In this document: positions 59,426-64,000 of the stretch, piece by piece
Layout: the number at the start of each line of letters is the position of its first letter
Numbering within the stretch: position 1 is the stretch's first letter
Origin: Capsulimonadaceae bacterium
GTDB lineage: Bacteria; Armatimonadota; Armatimonadia; Armatimonadales; Capsulimonadaceae
NCBI GenBank assembly: GCA_965215505.1
Contig: OZ244065.1
Coordinates: 512,001-576,000 of the forward strand
Reading direction: 5' to 3'
Length of the DNA stretch: 64,000 bases
Made by a program: the position numbers and the translations under genes
Notes under the pieces: generated by a model
What the model was told of the DNA's origin: nothing
Databases searched by the model: none
Seen by the model: only the letters and a program-made list of their open reading frames with translations

Positions 59426-60912
59426 GCGAGCTGGACTTCCGGCTGAACTTCGGACTGGCCGGACCAGCAGAGGCAGGGCTGCCGTGTCGCCGTGGCCTCG
59501 TCGAGTTTGCGGACCGGCGTGTCATGCGGCGCAGTCTTGACGATCTCCGGGTTTTCCTCGATGTCACGCGCGATCTGGCGCATGGCGTCAATGAACTTGT
59601 CCAGGGTTTCCTTGCTCTCGGTCTCGGTCGGCTCGATCATCAAAGCCTCGGGGACGATGAGCGGGAAGTAGATCGTGGGCGGGTGGTAGCCGAAGTCCAT
59701 CAGCCGCTTGGCGATGTCCAAAGCCTTGATGCCGTGTTCGCGCTGCTGCCGCCGGGCGGTGAAGACGCACTCGTGCATACATATTTCATTATAGGCTACG
59801 TCGAAGAAATCCTGTAGCCTGACCCGGATATAGTTCGCGTTCAGGACGGCGTTCTCGGCGATCTGCGCCAGCCGCTCGCGCCCGTAGTACATGATGTAGG
59901 CGTAGGACCGGAGGATGCAGAGGAAGGAACCGTAGTAGCCGTGGATCTTGCCGATGGACTTGGGTCGATCGTTGTCCATGCGATAGCCGTCAGCGGTCTT
60001 GATGACCTGGGGGGTGGGAAGGTACGGCTCCAGAATGCTCTTGATGCCGACCGGGCCGGAGCCGGGTCCCCCACCCCCGTGCGGCGAGGAGAAGGTCTTG
60101 TGCAGGTTGAAGTGCATTACGTCGAAGCCCATGTCGCCGGGCCGCGCCCGCCCGACGAGGGCGTTCATGTTCGCGCCGTCGCAGTAGACTAGGCCGCCCG
60201 CCTTGTGGATCAAGTCGCAGATCTCGGCGATGTCGTCTTCAAACAGCCCCAGCGTGTTCGGGTTAGTCAGCATCAGGCCGGCGACGTTGTCGGCGAGCAG
60301 CGTCTTGAGGTGTTCGATGTCCACGCGGCCCCGCGCGTCCGACTTGACGGTCAATGTCTTGTAGCCGCAGCGCGCCGCCGAGGCGGGGTTGGTCCCGTGC
60401 GCGGCTTCCGGGCACAGGATGGTGTCCCGGTGGCCCTGCCCGTGATCGTCATGGTAGGCCTTGATCAGCATCAGCCCCAGCAGCTCGCCGTGCGCGCCGG
60501 CCGCAGGCTGGAGGCTGACGGTGTCCATGCCGCCGATCTCGGCGATAATCCCCTGCATCTCGTGGAGGACTTCCAGGACCCCCTGGACCGATGTGTCCGG
60601 CAGGTAGGGGTGGACACGGGCAAAGCCGGGCAGGCGCGCGATCTCCTCATTGATCTTGGGGTTGTACTTCATCGTGCAGGAGCCGAGCGGATAGAAGCCC
60701 GAATCCACGGAATAGTTGCGCTGCGAGAGGTGCGTGAAGTGGCGGATCACTTCCGGCTCGGACAGCTCCGGCAGCGGCAGGTCACGGCGCAGGTCGCGCG
60801 GCGAAATCATGCTGTCCAGCGGCTGCACGGGGACGTCGCAGGTCGGGAGTTCCACGGCCAGTCGGCCGGGCCGGCTGATCTCGAACAGAAGAGGCTCGAA
60901 GTCGGTGGTCAT
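59422..60912 (-). CDS. gcvPB: Glycine dehydrogenase subunit 2
   Basis: YPLGSCTMKYNP, HGTNPASA and HFNLHKTFSSPHGGGGPG motifs. Confidence 0.97.
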   Translation of the reverse strand: MTTDFEPLLFEISRPGRLAVELPTCDVPVQPLDSMISPRDLRRDLPLPELSEPEVIRHFTHLSQRNYSVDSGFYPLGSCTMKYNPKINEEIARLPGFARVHPYLPDTSVQGVLEVLHEMQGIIAEIGGMDTVSLQPAAGAHGELLGLMLIKAYHDDHGQGHRDTILCPEAAHGTNPASAARCGYKTLTVKSDARGRVDIEHLKTLLADNVAGLMLTNPNTLGLFEDDIAEICDLIHKAGGLVYCDGANMNALVGRARPGDMGFDVMHFNLHKTFSSPHGGGGPGSGPVGIKSILEPYLPTPQVIKTADGYRMDNDRPKSIGKIHGYYGSFLCILRSYAYIMYYGRERLAQIAENAVLNANYIRVRLQDFFDVAYNEICMHECVFTARRQQREHGIKALDIAKRLMDFGYHPPTIYFPLIVPEALMIEPTETESKETLDKFIDAMRQIARDIEENPEIVKTAPHDTPVRKLDEATATRQPCLCWSGQSEVQPEVQLA

Positions 60913-60927
60913 CAGGAGTGTTCCGTT

Positions 60928-62238
60928 CTAAAAGGTAGCCAGGGCGGAAACCAGGGCGTCTATGTCGGCTTTGGTGCGCTGCTCGGTGACGCAGAGCAGC
61001 ATGGCGTCGGCCATGTCTGGGTAATGCTGCCCGAGCGGCAGGCCGCCGATGATCCCCTGCGACAGCAGATGCTCGTTGATGCGGGTGGGGTCGGCGGGCG
61101 TCTTGACGACGAATTCTTTGAAGAACGCCCGGTCGGGGAAGGCCAGAGAATAGCCGGGCAGCTTCGCGATCTCGGCGGCGGCATAGTGCGCCTTCTGGAT
61201 GCACAGCTCGGCGACCTGAGTCATCCCCTGCTTGCCCATGGTCGCCATGTAAACCGAGGCGGCAAGGGCGTACAAAGCCTCGTTGGTGCAGATGTTGCTG
61301 GTCGCCCGCTCCCGGCGGATGTCCTGCTCGCGCGTCCGCAGGGTCATCACGAAGGCGCGCTTGCCGTCGCCGTCCTTTGTCTGGCCGACGATGCGGCCCG
61401 GCAGGCGGCGCATGAATTTGCTTTTGCAGGCGAAGAAGCCGAGCAGCGGCCCGCCGTAGCCCATCGGGCAGCCCAGGGCCTGGCCCTCGCCGACGACGAT
61501 GTCCGCGTCGTACTCGCCCGGCGGCGTCAGGAGGCCCAGCGAGATGGGGTCAACGCAGGCGATCATCAGGGCGCCTTTGGCATGGGCCGCCTCGGACCAG
61601 CGCGTCATGTCCTCCAGGGTGCCGAAGAAGGACGGCTGCTGGACGATGACGGCGGCCGTCTCGTCCCCCACCCCGCCCGCGTCCGTAATGATCTCGGCGC
61701 TCAGGTTCATGTGGCGCAGGTAGGTGTCCAGGACGTGCCGGTAGACCGGGTGGACCGAGCCGAGGACGGCCAGATTCTTCCGGCCCGTCAGCTCCCCGGC
61801 CATGATCGCGGCCTCGGCAAGAGCCGTCGCGCCATCGTACATGGAGGCGTTCGACACGTCCATGCCCAGGAGCTGGCAGAGGAGAGTCTGGAACTCGAAA
61901 ATGCTTTGCAGGACGCCCTGGCTCATCTCGGGCTGATACGGGGTGTAGGAGGTATAGAACTCGGACCGGCCCGTGATCGCGGCGACGGTCGGCGGGACGT
62001 AGTGGTCGTAAATGCCGGCCCCGAGGAAGCAGGGCGCTTCGTCCGCGTGGAGGTTCTTGGCCGACAGCCGTGTGAGGTGCTTCCCCAGAGTCATCTGGTC
62101 CATGCGGTGCGGGATGTTCATCTCGCCTTTGAATTGCAGCGAGGCGGGGATCGGCGCGAAGAGGTCGTCGAGTGTCTTGACGCCGATGGCACCCAGCATC
62201 TTCTCTCGGTCGGCATCCGTGTTGGGGATGTAGGACAT
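60928..62238 (-). CDS. gcvPA: Glycine dehydrogenase subunit 1
   Basis: YTPYQPEMSQG, NASMYDG and REQDIRRERATSNICTN motifs. Confidence 0.97.
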   Translation of the reverse strand: MSYIPNTDADREKMLGAIGVKTLDDLFAPIPASLQFKGEMNIPHRMDQMTLGKHLTRLSAKNLHADEAPCFLGAGIYDHYVPPTVAAITGRSEFYTSYTPYQPEMSQGVLQSIFEFQTLLCQLLGMDVSNASMYDGATALAEAAIMAGELTGRKNLAVLGSVHPVYRHVLDTYLRHMNLSAEIITDAGGVGDETAAVIVQQPSFFGTLEDMTRWSEAAHAKGALMIACVDPISLGLLTPPGEYDADIVVGEGQALGCPMGYGGPLLGFFACKSKFMRRLPGRIVGQTKDGDGKRAFVMTLRTREQDIRRERATSNICTNEALYALAASVYMATMGKQGMTQVAELCIQKAHYAAAEIAKLPGYSLAFPDRAFFKEFVVKTPADPTRINEHLLSQGIIGGLPLGQHYPDMADAMLLCVTEQRTKADIDALVSALATF

Positions 62239-62249
62239 GGACTGTCTTT

Positions 62250-62624
62250 CTAGAGTAAGGCTTCGTAGGCCGTGCTGTCGAGCAGTTCATCGGCATCGGC
62301 GGGCTGCGTCATCTTGATTTTGAGCATCCAGCCCCCCTCGTAAGGGGCATCGTTGACCGTCTCGGGGGCGTCGTTCAGGGCCTCATTGACGGCGACGACC
62401 TCGCCGCCGATGGGCGCGTAGAGGTCGGACACGGCCTTGATGCTCTCGATCTCGCCGAACTTCTCGCCCCGCTGGAGGACGCGGCCCACTTCCGGGAACA
62501 GGACCAGGGCGACATCCCCCAGCTCTTCCTGTGCGTGCTGGGTGATGCCGACTGTGGCGACATCCCCCTCGATTCTCGCCCACTCGTGGGTTTTGGCATA
62601 TTTCAGGTCAGACGGCTCGGGCAT
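62250..62624 (-). CDS. gcvH: Glycine cleavage system H protein
   Basis: THEW, GITQHAQEELGD and ESIKAVSD (lipoyl-Lys) motifs. Confidence 0.97.
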   Translation of the reverse strand: MPEPSDLKYAKTHEWARIEGDVATVGITQHAQEELGDVALVLFPEVGRVLQRGEKFGEIESIKAVSDLYAPIGGEVVAVNEALNDAPETVNDAPYEGGWMLKIKMTQPADADELLDSTAYEALL

Positions 62625-62636
62625 AGGAAGACCTTT

Positions 62637-63710
62637 CTAGACTCCGTTCCGGTAGAACGGCAGGGGAACGACGGTGGCGGGCGCGCGCCGCCCGCGGATG
62701 TCCACGGCGACGCGCGTTCCGGGTTCGGCGAGGGCCGCGCGGAGCCGCGCCATCGCGATTCCGGCTTTGATCGTGGGCGACCAGGTGCCGCTCGTGGTCT
62801 GACCGGCCTCCCCGCCCTCGGCGTCATGAACGGCGTAATGCTCGCGCGGGATGGCGCGCTCATCCATCCGCAGTCCGACCAGCCGGTGGGAGGGCTTGCC
62901 GGCGGGCAGCGCGTCGCTCCCGACGAAGCGGCCCTTGCCGCGCTTGACGGCCCAGCCGACGCCCGACGCGAAGGGGCTTGTCTCGGCGTCAAGCTCGTGG
63001 CCGTAGAGGGGATAAGCGGCTTCCAGGCGCAGGACGTCACGCGCGCCCAGCCCGGCGGGCACCGCGCCTCGCTCCGTCAGCGTCCGCCAGAGCGTCGGGG
63101 CCTCCGCCCAGCCGCAGAAGATCTCGAAGCCGTCTTCGCCGGTGTAGCCCGTGCGCGAGAACGTCGCCGCCCCGCCCGAAAATGACAAGTCAGCGAATTG
63201 GAACCGGCCAAGATGCTCGACACCGCCGCCCACTAGGTCGCTCACGAGCGCGACGGCCTGCGGCCCCTGCACGGCGATCAGGGCCGTATCGTCGCTGATG
63301 TCCGTCAAGGTGAGGCCGGGCCTGCCCTCAGCCCGTGCTTGCAGCCAGACCCAATCTTTGTCTTTGCAGCCTGCATTCAGGACGATCAAGTAGTCGGCCT
63401 CGGCACGGCAGTAGACGATGATGTCGTCAATGATGCCGCCCTGCTCGTTCAGCAGGAGCGAGTACTGCGCCTTGCCGGGGGCTAATCGAGACACGTCGTT
63501 GCTGGTCACGGACTGCACGAAGTCGAACGCGCCCGGCCCCATCGCCGTCACCTCTCCCATGTGGGAGACGTCAAACAGGCCCGCACCCGAACGCACGGCG
63601 GCGACCTCGCCCACCGTCCCCGTGTAGGAGACGGGCATGTCCCAGCCGGCGAAGGGGACCATCGTCGCCCCCGCCGCCCGGTGCGTCTCGTGCAGTGAAG
63701 TCTTCTTCAT
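62637..63710 (-). CDS. gcvT: Glycine cleavage aminomethyltransferase T
   Basis: FDVSHMG, SRTGYTGEDGFE and GLGARDVLRLEA motifs. Confidence 0.97.
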   Translation of the reverse strand: MKKTSLHETHRAAGATMVPFAGWDMPVSYTGTVGEVAAVRSGAGLFDVSHMGEVTAMGPGAFDFVQSVTSNDVSRLAPGKAQYSLLLNEQGGIIDDIIVYCRAEADYLIVLNAGCKDKDWVWLQARAEGRPGLTLTDISDDTALIAVQGPQAVALVSDLVGGGVEHLGRFQFADLSFSGGAATFSRTGYTGEDGFEIFCGWAEAPTLWRTLTERGAVPAGLGARDVLRLEAAYPLYGHELDAETSPFASGVGWAVKRGKGRFVGSDALPAGKPSHRLVGLRMDERAIPREHYAVHDAEGGEAGQTTSGTWSPTIKAGIAMARLRAALAEPGTRVAVDIRGRRAPATVVPLPFYRNGV

Positions 63711-64000
63711 TCGCCCAGGTATGCTTTCTTGATGTCGTCATTCGCCAGCAGCGCCTTCGCCTCGTCGGCCATGACGATGTGGCCCGTTTCCAAAACGTAG
63801 CCCCGGTGAGCGACCCCGAGCGCCATGTGGGCGTTCTGCTCGACCAACAGGACCGTCGTCCCCTGCGCGTTGATGTCGCGGATGATGTTGAAGATGTCGC
63901 GCACCAGAAACGGGGCCAGCCCCAGCGACGGCTCATCCAGCAGCAGCAGCTTCGGGCGGGCCATCAGCGCACGGCCCATGGCGAGCATCTGCTGCTCGCC
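63707..64000 (-). CDS. livF: LivF-type ABC transporter ATP-binding protein (5' part outside the window)
   Basis: GEQQMLAMGRALM, LLDEPSLGLAP, LLVEQNA and AYLG motifs. Confidence 0.9.
   Translation of the reverse strand, partial: GEQQMLAMGRALMARPKLLLLDEPSLGLAPFLVRDIFNIIRDINAQGTTVLLVEQNAHMALGVAHRGYVLETGHIVMADEAKALLANDDIKKAYLGE

Overview
A GC-rich bacterial chromosome segment. The gene repertoire suggests an Armatimonadota-like soil bacterium, but this is inference only. Housekeeping blocks are tig-clpP-clpX-lon; dapL-like/gmhB-like/GHMP kinase/hemB; a soluble PhoR/PhoB-like pair; a ZTP riboswitch ahead of purH; and livF-gcvT-gcvH-gcvPA-gcvPB-lipoate ligase. Two carbohydrate-enzyme regions sit at 1-12 kb (beta-propellers, GH116, GH2, GntR/LacI regulator, GH2-TIM/GH158-like) and 38-52.6 kb (esterase, AraC, PhyH, GH116, GH127, GH5, GH10, GH35, Gfo/Idh/MocA). 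A redoxin/c-heme/Cu-monooxygenase fusion lies next to DUF1800-DUF1501. The ORF track misses several things: (i) REP/REPIN-like palindromic elements in two classes, three of which supply host stop codons; (ii) four cryptic pseudogenes (ankyrin, CbrC-like, a 'WPPxP' paralog, a glycosidase remnant); (iii) repeated signatures of leaderless mRNAs; (iv) a ~230-nt self-complementary leader behind a perfect sigma70 promoter; (v) the partial beta-propeller gene at 1-1778. I found no CRISPR array, rRNA, tRNA or transposase. All calls are by eye and by motif recall; no database searches were run.
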